64,000 bases of DNA from Hemiscyllium ocellatum (Eukaryota), in NCBI RefSeq assembly GCF_020745735.1, contig NW_026868080.1, forward strand, positions 1 to 64,000. The letters run 5' to 3'. The notes beneath the pieces were generated by a model. That model ran no database searches, had not been told where the DNA came from, and saw nothing but the letters and a program-made list of their open reading frames with translations. Position numbers and translations under genes: made by a program. Of this stretch, positions 38,570-52,059 are shown piece by piece (position 1 is the stretch's first letter; each line of letters begins with the position of its first letter).

Positions 38570-40615
38570 GATGAATACTTCGCTGGCCACAGGTGAAGTG
38601 CCAGACTGGAGGATTGTCAATGTGGTTCCTTTGTTCAAGAAGGGCAGCAGGGATAGGCCAGGCAATTCCAGACCAGTTAGTCTGATGTCAGTGTGAGGGA
38701 AATTATTAGAAAAAATCCTGAAGTACAGGATTAAGCAATACTTGGAGAGGTCGGGATGCCAGTATTGATTTGTTTGACAAAGGCCCCACATGGAAGGCTG
38801 GTCCAGATGGTCAGAGCCCATGGGATCCAAGGCAAGTTGACAAGTTGGTGAAGGGTTGTCTTCGTAATTGGAAGCCTGTGACCAGTGGTGTATGACAGGA
38901 ATTGGGGCTGCGACCCTTTCTGTTTGTAATGTACCTTAATGAATTGACTGTGATTGTATAATTAGAAAGTTTTCAGATGCCACGTAAATTGGTGGTGTTG
39001 TTGATATTGATTTTATTTTATTTTAGTGTTACATGGACTCAAGTACAAAAGTATTGGAGTACAGTGAAAAGTATGTGATGTCACCTTGGAAGGAGCCATC
39101 TTAGGTACAAGGACCGAGATACAGAATCTTAAGAACAAGGTATAAAGAAAGAATAAATTTAAAAGTTACACGTTACAGACTTTTTGACCTTTTTAGTTTT
39201 AAGAATAAAATAAAGAAATAAATCTGGAAGTTCAATCATTACAGTCTTTCTTAAGTGCTTAGCTACCGTGGGATCATACTTTGAATCATTCACTTCGAGA
39301 CCGGAAGGCAAGCTGAGGCTGTGCTGGGCTGAAAGACCACTATATACAGCAAAAGACCACACTGTGGGCCGAGAGACAACCACGTTGGTCCATTGAGAGA
39401 TCGCCATGCTAGGCCGAGAGTTCGTCACGCTGGAGTGACAGTCGAGCATTCTGAGCCGAGAGGCCTCCACATTAAACTGAGAGCCCAACACGTCAGACCG
39501 AGAGTCTGCCTCACCGAGCTGGGAGGTCTCTCTGCCAGGTTAGGACTCTGCCACACCAAGTCAAGAGGCCGCAACACTGGGGCTGCACTGGTCAGAGGCC
39601 TGGCGAGTGAGGCTGGAAGTCCGTGGCTGGGAGAGAAAAGAAGGGAGAACGACAAAAGAAAAACACAAAAGAAAATAAAAACCAGTGGAAGAAAAAGCAG
39701 AAAAGGAAACAGACGGAGCAGATGAACTTGGTCTGAAGAGTCCTACTCTGCTGCCATCTTGGATTACTGGGTCTCAGGCTACAGTCTGATATTGATCAGC
39801 TGGTAACTGGGCAGAACAATGGCAGATGGAATTTAATCCTGACAAGTGTAAGGTGATCCAGTTTGGGAGGTCTAATAAGGGAAGGATATACACAATGAAA
39901 GGCATGTGCCTTGAGTGTCCTTATGCATGAATCACAGAGGGTTGGTCTACAGGTACAACAAGCAATTAGGAAGGCAAATGGAATTTTGTCCTTCATTGCT
40001 AAAGGGATTGAGTTTAAAAAGCAGAGAGGTTATGTTGCAGCTGTACAGGTGCTGGTGAGGCCACACCTGGAGTACTTTGTGCAGTTTTGGTCTCCTTACT
40101 TGAGAAAGGATGTACTGGCACTAGAAGGGGTGCAGAGAAGGTTGATTCCAGAGTTGAGGGTGTTAGCTTATGAGGAGAGACTGAGTAGACTGGCATATAT
40201 TCATTGGAACTTAGAAGAATGAGGGGGGATCTTATAGAAACATATAACATTATGAAGAGAATAGATAAGACTGAAGTAGAGAGAATATTTCCACTGGCAG
40301 GTGAAACTTGGACAAGAGGGCATCGCCTCAAAATTAAGGGGAGCAGATTTAGGATTGAATTGAGAAGGAACTTCTTCACCCAGAGGGTCAAAATCTATGA
40401 AATTTCTTGTCCTATGAAGTAGTTGATGTTTCTTCAGTAAATATTTTTAGAGCTCAGATTTTTTTTTGAAAAATAAAGGAATTAAGAGATAAGATGAGAG
40501 TGCAGGTATGTGGAGTTGAGTCCAGGAAAAGATCAGCCATGATCTTATTGCACAGTGGAGCAGGCTCGAAGAGCCAGATGGCCAACTCCTGCTCCTAGCT
40601 CTTATGTTCTCATGT
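38570..40615 (+). mobile_element. CR1 RT fragments, interrupted by an element at 39011-39771
   Basis: The host RT (FSDAT.IGGVV / DIDQLVTWAEQWQMEFNPDKC) flanks the insertion on both sides. Confidence 0.8.
39011..39771 (-). mobile_element. Non-autonomous LINE-tailed element (Rex1/Babar-type tail suspected)
   Basis: Minus strand begins near CCAAGATGGCAGC, has a CpG-rich body, and ends CTTTTCACTGTAC...CATGTAACACTAAAATAAAATAAAAT. No coding capacity seen. Confidence 0.5.
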
Positions 40616-41349
40616 TCCTTGGGAGTAGTGAGGAACAAAGGGACCTTGGTGTACAAGTCCAGCGATCCCAGAAGGTATCAGCACAGCTAGACAGGGTGGT
40701 GAAGAAGGCATATGGGATGCTTGCCATCATTAGCCGGTGTGCAGAATATCGGAGTAAGGAAGTCTCATTGTTAATTTACAGAGCATTGGTTAGGCCATAT
40801 CTGGAACACTGTGTACATATCACTGTTGGACAAACATGATTGGACTGGAGAGGGTGGAGAGTAGATTCACCAGGATGTTGCTTGGGATGGAAAGTGTTAG
40901 TTATGAGGAGAGAGACTTGATCAACTGAGTTTGTTTCCTGTGGAGCAGAGGAAGCATGGGGGGGTGGGTGGGGGTGGGGGCGTGGTGGAAGGGGTTGGTG
41001 AATCTGATTCTGAGAGACATAAACAAAGTCAATTGTGATCATCTTTTCCCCATGGCAGACATGTCTATGACCGGAGGAAATAAGCTTAATGTGATGAAAA
41101 GGTGGTTGAGAGGGAATTGAGGATTTTTTTTACCCCAGAGGGTTGTAGAAATATGGAATGTGCTGCTTGAGAAGGTGATGGAGGCAGCTCCTCTCACAAC
41201 ATTTAAGACACATCCAGATGAGCACATAAAATGCCAGGGCATGGAATGCTATGGACCAAGTGCAGGTAAATGGGATTAGTGCAGTTTGGTGTTTACTGAT
41301 CAGCACTAACATGGTGGGCAGAAAGGCCTGTTTGTTTGCTTTATGACTC

Positions 41350-44300
41350 TATGACTATGAAGAGAAGGAGGTGGAGACATTTTTCATGCCTTTTGAGAAG
41401 ATATTTAAACAAGTGAGGCGAGGAAAAACAATGGAGTTTGCCCATGCAAAATGAACTTGGGAAGCACAAGAAGTTTCTATACCCCTGCCAGAGGAACATT
41501 CTCAGGATCACAAGGAAGTGAAAAGGTGAAAAGCACATATGCATTGATCCCAGAAACATACAGACAGATGTTTCAGAACTTACAGAAACAGCCTCCACAA
41601 ACTTCTACTGAGTTTGAGAGAATTCAGCAAAATAATGTTGACAGGTGGATAAGAGCATTAACAGCTGAGAATACTTACAATGCTGTCGGAGAAATTATTC
41701 TCTGAGAAGGATTTAAAACTTCCTTCCCTTCTAGAATCAGAATTCATGTAAAAGCCTGAAGGGGAAGAACAGCATGACAAGCAGCTAGAATGGTTAATGA
41801 TTATAGTCTTCATTAAAGCCAAAACCTTGCAGATGCTGGAATCCAAAGTCGACAAACAGGAGGCTGGAAGAGCACAACAAGCCAAGCAGCATCAGGAGGT
41901 GGAGAAGTCACCTGATGGGAGACCGATCCAGAAACCTTATTCCCATCAGGCCCAGAAATGGGAGAAAAATAAAAATTGGGAGTGTGTGTGGAAGGCAGGT
42001 AGACAGGGGAGAGAATGGACAGGAGGGACCTGCCCGAGAACTACTCTTCAGATTAAGAAAGAAATTGCTGAGGCTGGAAGCGATGATCAGAAGTTGAAAC
42101 GATTCTCTTGGAATAAGGTGGGCCATGTGCGTATGGAATGTTGGAAGCTGTGAGGTAAGACCCAGGAGATTTATGGGAGTTAGTAAAAATGAGTCAGAGG
42201 AGGGAATGCAAACAGATAATCCCACGGAGCAGGTTGTAGCTGTAACTATAACAAAAAGGCTGGAGGTGAATTCTGTCATCAGTAAAGGAAGTTGTAAAAT
42301 AGATGAGAGGTGGACAGGATTTTTATCAAAAGGAATGGTGACTCCTTTTTCTTCAGCTAAACCCAGAATCAAACTGAGAGATACAGGGGCAATACAATCA
42401 CTTTTACTGGAGAAAGAATCGATTTTCCCTCCAGAGAGCTCAATGGATTCTAAGGTGTTCATCAAAATGTACAACTGGAATGTGATTTGTTATCAGGAGA
42501 AGTAATTGTCGGAGTGGGGAAAATATTCCCTGTTGAGGGAGTTGATTTTCTTCTGGGGAATATTTTGTCAGGATTAAAGGCAGTATCTTCCCCAATGATT
42601 ACAGAATGTCCAAAGGAGGGCCAAGAAACAGAACAATGACAGGAACAGGTTCCTGGTCTCTCTCCTTCGTGTGAGGTAACCAGAGCAATGGTTAAACAAA
42701 ATCCATCAATAAGGGTTGATGTGACATCACAGCAAGTGAAAGGATCGCTGAAACTTTCCAAAAGGGTGAAGATAATCCAGGTGGAGTGGTTGGTATGATG
42801 TCCCTAATTACAGCAGATCCAAAAAGCAGATCCCGAATGAAATAAATGAGCACTGTCAGTTCATACTGAGGTCGAGGCTGGAGAGGTTTCAGAATGCTAT
42901 TATCTTCAGAATGGAGCACTGATGAGGAAGTGGAGACCGCCCCCCCCACCACCGTCCCTCCATGGACCCCCAGATGAAGAATGGTTGGTTAGATATTGGC
43001 TCGTGGTACCATCCAGCTATCACAGGGAGATATTGTGAGGAGCACATCAGATTTCCATGACAGGACCATGGGGATTTGGAAATTGTCCAATTGTCCACAG
43101 GCATCCAGAATCAGGTGTTTTATTGAGCCAAAATTATATAAAGATGTGGCACAGTTTTATAAATGTAACATACTTGAACTCATTTTTACCAATCTGCCAG
43201 CTGCAGATGCTTCTGTCCACGAAAGTACCAGTAAGGGTGACCACCGCACAGTCCTTGTGAAGACCAACACCCGCCTTCATTGAGAATAGCCTCCATCGTG
43301 TTGTGTGGCACTTTCACGAGACTAACTGGGACAGACTTACAACCAACCTCACAACTCATGACTGGGCATCCATGAAGTACTGTGGGCCATCAACAGCAGC
43401 AGAATTGTGCTCCAGCCCCGACACGACCATTATCATCAAACCAGGGAATCAACACTGGTTCAATGGAGAATTCAGGAGGGCGTACCAGGAGCAGCACCAG
43501 TCATTCATCAAGATGAGGTATTCCTGCATTCCTGATGAAGGGTTTTTGCCCGAAAGGTCAATTTTACTGCTCCTCGAATGCTGCCTGAACTGCTGTGCTT
43601 TTCCAGCACCACTCTAATCTAGACTCTGGTTTCCAGCATCTGCAGTCATTGTTTTTACCAAGATGAGGTATTTACCTGGTGAAACCACCAAACAGGACTA
43701 CTTGCATGGCAAGCAGCACAAGCAGCAATTGACAGACAGTATTAGACAACACACAACCAATGGATCAGGTCTAAGCTCTGCAGCCCTGTCACATCCAGTC
43801 ATGAGTACTGGTAGACGATTAAACATCTCACTGGATGAGCGGGCTCCACAAATATCCCCACCCTCAATGATGGAAGAGTCCAACACATCAGGGCAAAAGA
43901 TAAGGCTGAAGCTTTTGCAGAAATCCTCAGCCAGAAGTTCTGAGTGGATGATCCATCTTGGCCTCCGCCAGTGGTCCTCAGCATTAAAGATAACCATCTT
44001 CAGTCAATTTGATTCACTCCACGTGTTATCAAGAAATGGGTGGAGGCACTGGGTACTGCAAAGGCTTTGGACCCTAACAACATTCTGGTTATAATACTGA
44101 AGACTTGTGCTCCAGAACTTGTCACTTCCCTAGCCAAGCTGTTCCAGGAAAGCTATAACACTAGCATCTGCCCAACAATGTGGATAATTACCCAACTATG
44201 TCCTGTACATAAAAAGCAGGACAAATCCAAGCCAGCCAATTACCGCCCCATCAGTCTCCTCTCGATAATCGGGAAAGTGATGGAATGTCATCAACAGTGC

Positions 44301-46240
44301 TATCAATCAGCACCTGCTCAGCAATAACCTGCTCAGTGATGCCCAGTTTGGGTTCCACCAGGGTCACTCAGCTCCTGGCTTCATTACAGATTGGTTCAAA
44401 CATGGACAAAAGAGTTGAATTAGGGATGAGCAATAAATGCTGGCCTTGGGCAACTGGGGATAAGCAACAAATCCTGGCCAACCAGTGATGCTCACATTAC
44501 ACAAAATGAATAATTTTTTAAAAACACTTGTCAAGTTATAGGTAAACCTCAACATGTGACTGAACCAGCATCCTTAATTCCTCTCCCAGTTTTTGAGGAA
44601 CCATTCAGTCGTGTACAGGTGTGTCAAGTAGTGAGTATAATGGAGGAGGGGATGAGAAAAAGCATGAGATCCAAAGGCAATTGGACAATTTCCAAAGTGA
44701 ACTTCCTCCTACGAGGTGAACAAATTCAGAGATATTAGAGAATTCAGACACTGTATTTTTGCATCTGGAGGAAGATCAACAGAGGGACAGAGTGAGATTG
44801 CTCAGAGAATACAAAGAAGTTTGTCTGAGGAGTGGTTGGAGTTTGTCTTCGGTCTGTACTTGATGGAGTTTGGAAGGATGAGGGGCAATCTCAGTGAAAC
44901 ATACTGTATACTGAGAGGCCTGGATAGAGTAGACATGGAGAAGATGTTTCCACTTGGCAGAGAGACTGAGGGCACAGCTTCAGAATGAAGGGACCATCCT
45001 TTGGAACTGAGATGAGGAGGAGATTTTTCATCCAGAGAGTGGTTAATCTGTGGATTAATCATTGCTGCAGAATGCTGTGGAGGCCAAGTCATTGAGTGTA
45101 TTTAAGACAGAGATAGATGGATTCTTGATTGGTAAAGGGATCAAGGGTAATGGAGAAAAGGCAGGAGTATGGGGTTGACAAACAAATCAATTATGATCGA
45201 ATGGCAGAGCAGACGTGATGGGCTGAATGGCCTAACTCTACACTGATACATGGTCTTTAAAAGATACACATAGGTGTCCCAGATTAATCGAACATGATGT
45301 GGATGTAGGTTATTCAGACCCAATAAAACAAAATCCATTTTGATTAAAACCAGAGAAACAAGTCAAAGTAACAAATGAAGCTCAATACTTGTTGGAGAAT
45401 CAATTGATTGAATTGTCAGCGTAATTGGAGTTCTCTTGTGTAGGATTGAGCAAAAGTCATGATCATTTAAAACCCTGGATTTTTTGTAAAAAATGGCTGC
45501 CTGGAACTATTGTTCTGCCTGGAATTCCAGTTCACACCTCAACTCTGAAAGGGACACCAACCAGAACACATTCTCTTGACTGAAACTAACTTTTACAACC
45601 TCGGCCTACTAACACACACTACCAACAAGCAGCTTTAGAACCAAGAACAACAGAGGCCAAACACAGAAGCTGAATCCAGACACCAAACCAAGAGCATCAT
45701 CGTAACAAAGGACACCCGAGAGCGGGAACACCAACCAAACGCTATCTGAACAAGAGCTTCCAGACACAGGCCTGTTCTGAATAAACACAGAGATTCTTTT
45801 GCCCTGAAACACCTGTCTATTGCCTTCTTAATTTCACAGTTTTAAATCAGCCCATTTGTGGAACCAGGGATCTGGGGATGATTCAAACCACCTAAAAATC
45901 AGCAAATTACTGATCACAAACAAGAGAGGGTCCCCTGATTGAACTGTTAAGAGTAGTTGGAGTTCTCTTGTTTGGTGACTCAGCCAGATGTTTCAATTCG
46001 ATTCTGTGTACACTATAGGAAAGTGAATGTAGTCACAAAGATGGATTTGTATCCTATTCCCAGGTCAGAAGATTGCATTGAAATGGTGGGTAGTGTGTCA
46101 TTCCTATTGAAAATTGATTGGATGAAAGTATATTGACAAGTATCGCTGACAAAAGCTGACAAGGAAATTTCTGCCTTTGCTGCATTCTGGATCTTTGTAC
46201 ACAAAGGAAAACTCAAATCCATTTGAAACATGTTGGGACG
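41350..46240 (+). mobile_element. Fragmented Ty3/Gypsy LTR retrotransposon, Gmr1-like (gag-PR-IN-RT order)
   Basis: SCAN-like gag (YALIPETYRQMFQNLQKQPPQT...FER...DRWIRAL), knuckle remnant NKVGHVRMECWKL, protease LRDTGAIQSLLL, integrase (VVPSSYHREIL; PASLIPLPVFEEPFSRV), then RT (IEHDVDVG..PIKQ; RFCVHYRKVNVVTKMDLYPIP). Broken by insertions at 41815, 43190-44480, 44800-45250 and 45440-45935. Confidence 0.85.
43190..44480 (+). mobile_element. LINE ORF2 fragment (second CR1/L2-clade family) nested in the Gypsy integrase
   Basis: ORF 44040-44327 KALDPNNILVIILKTCAPEL...PANYRPISLLSIIGKVME. The same family occurs on the minus strand at about 27600-28100. Confidence 0.82.
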
Positions 46241-46329
46241 TCAGGGTATAGACTGAGGGCAGAACTGAAGAAAATTAGTTTTATTCGGGAAATGGTTTTG
46301 GAAAATTTATGGGATTAAAGTTTGATAAA

Positions 46330-49310
46330 TCCGCAGGGACCAATAACCTGCATTTCAGATTACTTCAGGAATTGCCCAAAAATTTTGGGAACATTGGTGT
46401 TCAAGATTCTATTGATTCTGGAACTTTCCCAGTGACTGGAGAGTTGCGAATGTAACATCACTGTTTAAAATGGGAGGGAGAGAGAAAGTGGGCAACCTGG
46501 ACCAGTCAGCCTGGCATTGGTATTGGGAAAAATAGTCAAGTTCGTTGTGAAAGATTTAATCACTGGGCACGTGGAAGACAGTGATAGGATTAGACAGAGT
46601 CAGCATGGTTTGTGGAAAGGGAAATCATGCAGAACAAATTGACTGGAATTGTTCGAGGATGGAATGAGCAGATTTGACAAGGGGGAGCCAACGGATGTGG
46701 TTTATCTGGAACCTTCAGAAGGCTTTTAAACAGTCCCACAGTAGAAATTAGCGAGTAAAAGTAAGACTCAATGGACTGGGGCAGTGTACTGACATGGATA
46801 GAGAAGTGGTTGGCAGGCTGGAAACAAAGAGTAAAAAAAAAACAGACCTTTTCAGAAAAAGGTCTGTTTTTTTTACTCTTTGTTTCCAGCCTGCCAACCA
46901 CTTCTCTATTCATGTCAGTAATGTTCATATTTGTTCATGGTTTAGATGAGGGAACTTAAGAGTAATATCTCCAATTTGCAGATGACACAAAGCTGGGTGG
47001 GAGGGGGAGCAGTGAAGAAGATGCAGAGATGCCTGTGTCCGTGTATACCAGTCACTGAAAGTCAGCGTGTAGGTGCAGCAGGCAGTGCAGAAGGTAAATG
47101 ATATGTTACCTTTATAGTGAGAGAATTTGCGTACAGGAACAGGGATGTCTTGCTGTAATTGTATGGGGCCTTAGTGAGTCCACTCCTGAATATTCAAACC
47201 AAAACTGGTTCAGTGACAGGAGACAGAGGGTGGAGGCAGAAATTTGTTTATGTGACTGGGCCCAGTGTGCAGTGGGATACCACAGGGATCAGTGCTGGGT
47301 CCCTTATTGTTCAGGATGTATTGAAACAATGAAGATGAGAATGTGAGAGGTGAGGGGTGGGGGTGAGTGGATGATGACTGAGTTTTTGGATGACACGAGG
47401 TTTGGCAGATGGTTGACAATGAGGAAGAAGGTCTTGGGTGACACGAGGATCTAACTGGATTGGTCAGATGGGCAGATCAGAGTCAGATGGAACTTACCCC
47501 TGATAAATGTGAGGTGATGAACTTTGGACAATGTAACAGGTGAATAAAGTATTGATGAAATCATATGGGACACTTGCCTTTATCATTTCAGTTATAGATG
47601 AGAAGACCAGGGAAGATATGTTGGAGCTATTCAGAATTTTTGTTAGGCCACAGCTGGAGTACTGTGTGCAGTTCTGGTCACCACGCAATCGGAAGGATGG
47701 GATTGTATTGGAGGGGGTGCAGAGAATAGTCACCAGGATGTTGCTTGGGATGAAGCATTTCAGCGATGAAGAGAGGCTGGATAAACTCGGGTTGTTTTCT
47801 TTGAAGCAGAGAAGGTTGAGAGGACCTGATAGAGGTGTAAACGGCTATGAGGGGAATGGACACAATGAATAGAAAGCAGTTGTTCCTCTTCTTCGGAGTT
47901 GGCACACATTCACTGTGAAAGACAGGAGCTTCATAGGGGATTTGAAGAGGAGATTTTCACCCAGAGGGTGGTGGGGGTCTGGTTTGCATTGTCTGGGCTG
48001 GTAGTTGAGGAGGACTTTTAAAAGTACTTGGATTAACCCTTGAAATATCATAACATTTAAAGCTATGGGCCTTGTGTTGGAAATTTGGATGAATGCAGGT
48101 TTACTGTAGTTTGGATGGTACAGGTACAATGGGTCGAAGGGCCTCTTCTGTACTGTGCGATTTTACGATTGTATTGTGTGCAGTTTTGGTCTACTTATCT
48201 GAGGAAAGATGTTCTGGCTGTGGAGGGAGGGCAGCGAAGGTTTACCAGGCTGACTCCTGGGATGACAGCAATTAGACTTAGATCTGATGAGAAACTGGAT
48301 CAGTTAGGATTATATTCACTGGAGGTTAGAAGATTATGGGGAGTCACACTGAAAACTCTAGAATCCTAACAGGACAAGACAGGATGTTCCTGATGATGAA
48401 GGAGTCCAGAATCAAGGATTAAAGTTTAAGGATACGGGAAAGGACATTTAGAGCTGAGATGGAGAGAAATATTTTCATTCTACAGGAAGCCTGTAGACGT
48501 TTCTGTCACTGAAAGCAGTTCAGCTCAAACCACTGAATGTTTTCCAGAAAGGGCACAATACAGTTCTTAGAATGAAAGGGATCAAAGGTTATGGGGATGA
48601 AGCAGGAACAGGCAACTGAGTTGGATGATCAGCCATGATCATATTGAATGGCAGAACAGGCTCGAAGGGCTGAATGGCCTATTCCTGCTCCGAGTTTCAC
48701 TGTTTGAGAGATTGTTCATCAACGTGGAACCATATTGAATAAGAGAAAAAACATTTGCCTTGGGTTAGGAATTAGTTTGGAGATAGGAGACAGAGTGAGG
48801 GAATAATGTGTGTGTCCTCAAATGAGCAAGAGGTGAATAGTGGTGTGCCCAGGGATCCGTCCTGGGACTTTAGCATTTCATAATATTTCTGAATGACTTG
48901 GATGAAGGAATAGAGAGCCATATATCCAAGATTGCTGACCACACTGAGTGAGGCAGCTAGGAGGAGGTTACAGAGATGGGGAGGGTCGATGGACAGGGAG
49001 GGACTTCAGAACAAGGACGAGAATTTGAAAATCGAGGTGTTATTGGACCGGGAGCCAATGTCGCTCAGTGAGGACAGTGGGGGATGGGGATGGGATTTGT
49101 TGCGAGTTCGGATTCGGGCAGCAGAGTTTTGGTGTGAGCTGAAGATTACAGAGGGCAGTGGCTGTGATGTGGCCCAAGACAACATTAGAATGGTCATGTT
49201 TGGAGTCCCAAAGCAACGAGTGGGACTTTCAGTGAGTGATCTCTGTGCTGTGGAGGATTTGGGGCTCAGATCAGCCTCAAAGATGAGGCCAAGATTTTAA
49301 GGAATCTGGT
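46330..49310 (+). mobile_element. Mosaic of CR1 RT/3' fragments
   Basis: ORFs 47540-47872 and 48085-48369 (RPQLEYCVQFWSP); largely paralogous to 28560-31400. Confidence 0.8.
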
Positions 49311-49324
49311 ATGAAATAAAAGCC

Positions 49325-49538
49325 GAAAAAGCTGCAGATGCTGCAAATGAGGAACAAAAACAGAAATTGCTGGAAAAGCTCGGCAGGTCTGGCACCATCT
49401 GTGGAGAGAAAGCAGAGTTAAAATTTTGGGACGTGAACCTTCTCAGAACTGTTCTGAGGAAGGGTCACTCGACCTGAAAGGTTAACTCTGATTTCTTTCC
49501 CCAGATGCTGCCAGACCTGCTGAGGTATTCTGTTTTTG
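49325..49538. mobile_element. MER6-like hairpin element, absent from the paralogous arm
   Basis: GCTGGAAAAGCTCGGCAGGTCTGGCACCATCTG ... CAGATGCTGCCAGACCTGCTGAG; no equivalent near 28620. Confidence 0.6.
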
Positions 49539-49649
49539 TAAAGAGTCTGGTTGAGCAGCAGACAGTGCTCAGGGAGAGGGATGGAGGTTGTACCGGGACC
49601 TGAAGGGGATGGCTTTGATCTTCCCAATGTGTTTCCCAGTGAGCCTGGC

Positions 49650-49845
49650 TCCTCAGTCCTGACTGCTCTTAGCTGCTGTGATTGTCACTGATTGGACACT
49701 TATTATTAGAGATTCTGACCACAGCAGAAAGCCCCAGTGTAAAAAATAACTGCAAAGGCTGTCAGATCGCAAGGTTGAAACTTCACCAAGTGAGGAAGTG
49801 AAAGAAGGAGCTCGGAGCAGCTGGACATTTGTTACTGAGACGGGA
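49650..49845. promoter_or_regulatory. Candidate B-cell enhancer upstream of V2 (paralogue of 28321-28512)
   Basis: GGAAGTGAAA 49794-49803, CAGCTG 49818-49823, ACCACA 49718-49723, ATTGG (CCAAT) near 49691. Confidence 0.6.
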
Positions 49846-50969
49846 GAAAACTGTGAACTGTCTGCACTCCCTGGAATCTGACAGCACATAAGAACATTAA
49901 AACCAGGAGCAGGAGCAGGCTCTCTGGCCTCTTGGGCTGCTCTGCCATTCAGTAAGATCATGGCTGATCTTTTCATGGCCTCAGCTCCCCCTTACCCACC
50001 TTTTCACCAAAACCCTTGATTCATTTACTGTTCAAAAAATTACCTAAATCAGCTTTAAAAACATTTACTGAGGAAACCTCAACGACTTCGCTGGGCAGGG
50101 AATTCCATAGATTCACCACCCTCTGGGTGAAGAAGTTCCTTCTCTATTTAGTCCTAAACCTGCCCCCCCCCCCCCCCCCCCCACCTGTGGTGTCTGTGAG
50201 TGATCCAATTATTCCCACTGCCCCCTCTCTCCCCATAACCCAGCAAATCTTTCCTTTCAGCTCGATCTCCAGCTGCCTCTTGTTGACTTGGGTCCACAGC
50301 AGAGACTGTCCCTAACCTGGGCTCCAAGCTGGCATCTCATTCATTCATTGGGAGGCAAACTGCCTGGGCTGGGAAATGGAGCTCAGGACCCTGAACATTC
50401 CCTCTCCCCTCCTGAGGGACATTTGATGCTGAGGTTTAATTCTATGGAAGTTTACAATATATGCCTACAATACACACTTCTCCATTCTGTGTGTAAAAGG
50501 CTGGAGCCTGCCAGCAGGATATTCAACTGCAGGAGCTGTCATCAATTTGACCAATTCTGACCACACCCACTCTCCGTAAACTTTCAACTAATTACTAAAA
50601 TCAAATCTGTCAATCTCCTCCTTGGTATGAGACAGGGAAGGGGCCATTTCATTCCAGACAATTTGGAATTTATGGAGCACAGATGGAGTAAGCTGAGAGA
50701 GGACATCAGAATGTTGGAGTTTGGAGGTGGGATGAGCAGGAATAAGAGTTTCTGTGGTCAAGGGGCTGATGTAGTGCAGAGACAAACAATGTAGTGGAGA
50801 TTGAAATAAGAGACCTAGGTGATGGAGAGGAAGTGGGGTTTGAAGCTCCAATACTGGAGGGTCCAGTGGGAAAGAAGCTCAGGCTTATTGCTGTCCATTG
50901 GACATTCCAGTGGGATGGAGGCCCATGTTTCCTGATCTCTGTTGGAGGTTCCAATTGAGTCCCATGGAA

Positions 50970-52045
50970 TTGGAATGTTGGCATTTCTTGCAGCAATTGG
51001 AATCTTGGTATTTATTATAAAAGGACTGAATTACAGAAATAAAGAAATATTGTGACAATTCTATTAGGCATTGGTGAGGCCACATCTGAAGCATTGTGTC
51101 CAGTTGTGGTCTCCTTACTTGGTGAAGGATATGGTGGCACTGGATTCAGTTCAGAGGATGTTCACCAGACTGATTCCCCGGATGAAAGGGCTGCCATATG
51201 AGGAATGGTTGAATAGCTAGGGCTTGTACTCACTGGAATTCAGTCGCATGACGGGGAGATCTGAGTGAAGTATATAAGATGCTAAAGGAGATTGATAGGG
51301 CAAGCATTGAACAGATGTACTCTCTTGTGGGCCAGTCTCGAACAATAGGTCATAGACATAGAGTGAGAGGAGGTATGTTTAAAACTGAGATGAGGAGAAA
51401 CTACAGGTGACAGAGTGGTGCAGTGGTGAGCACTGCTGCCTCACAGTGCCAGGGCCCCAGGTTCGACTCCACCCTCAGGCAACTGCATGGAGTTTGCACA
51501 TTCTCCCCCTGTCTGTGTGAGCTTCATCTGTGTGCTCTGATTTCCTCCCACAGTCTAATGATGTACACGTTCAGAGGATTGGCCATGCTAATTTACCCAT
51601 AGTGTCCAGGAAAGTGTAGGTTAGATTCATTAGTCATGGGAAATATAGGGTTACAGGGAAAAGGTTCCAGAATGGCTCTGGGTGGAATGCTCTTTGAAGG
51701 GTTGGTGTGGACTTATTGGGCTGAATGGCCTGGTTTCATACTGTATGGAATCTGTTCCATTCCAACTACTTCTCGCAGAAGGTTGCGAATCTGTGGATGT
51801 CAGTGCGCACCATCATCTCCACCCCCCCCCCCCCCCCGCCCCCCCCCCTCCCCACCCCCTTCCTCAAGCACAGTGGAGGCAGAATCAATCAACAGATTCA
51901 AGAAAGAAACAGATATCTTTCTGATGAAAAGCAGGATAGAGGGCAATAGGTAGCCGTCTGGAAAGTGGAGAGGAGGTTAAGTTCAGCCATGATCATGTTA
52001 AATAGGAAACGGGTTTGATTACCTATTCCTGCTCCTCATTCCGAA
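50970..52045 (+). mobile_element. CR1 3' fragment with a nested HE1-like SINE (about 51405-51762)
   Basis: RPHLKHCVQLWSPY remnant, SINE head and CR1 tail. Confidence 0.8.
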
Positions 52046-52059
52046 GTTCAATCTTGCAA

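Noticed and set aside
50160-50182. Poly-C and G-rich runs (also about 34632-34649, 40960-40990, 51820-51860, 59356-59369) as functional G4 sites
   Set aside because: They lie inside repeat remnants, are not shared between arms, and homopolymer lengths are error-prone.
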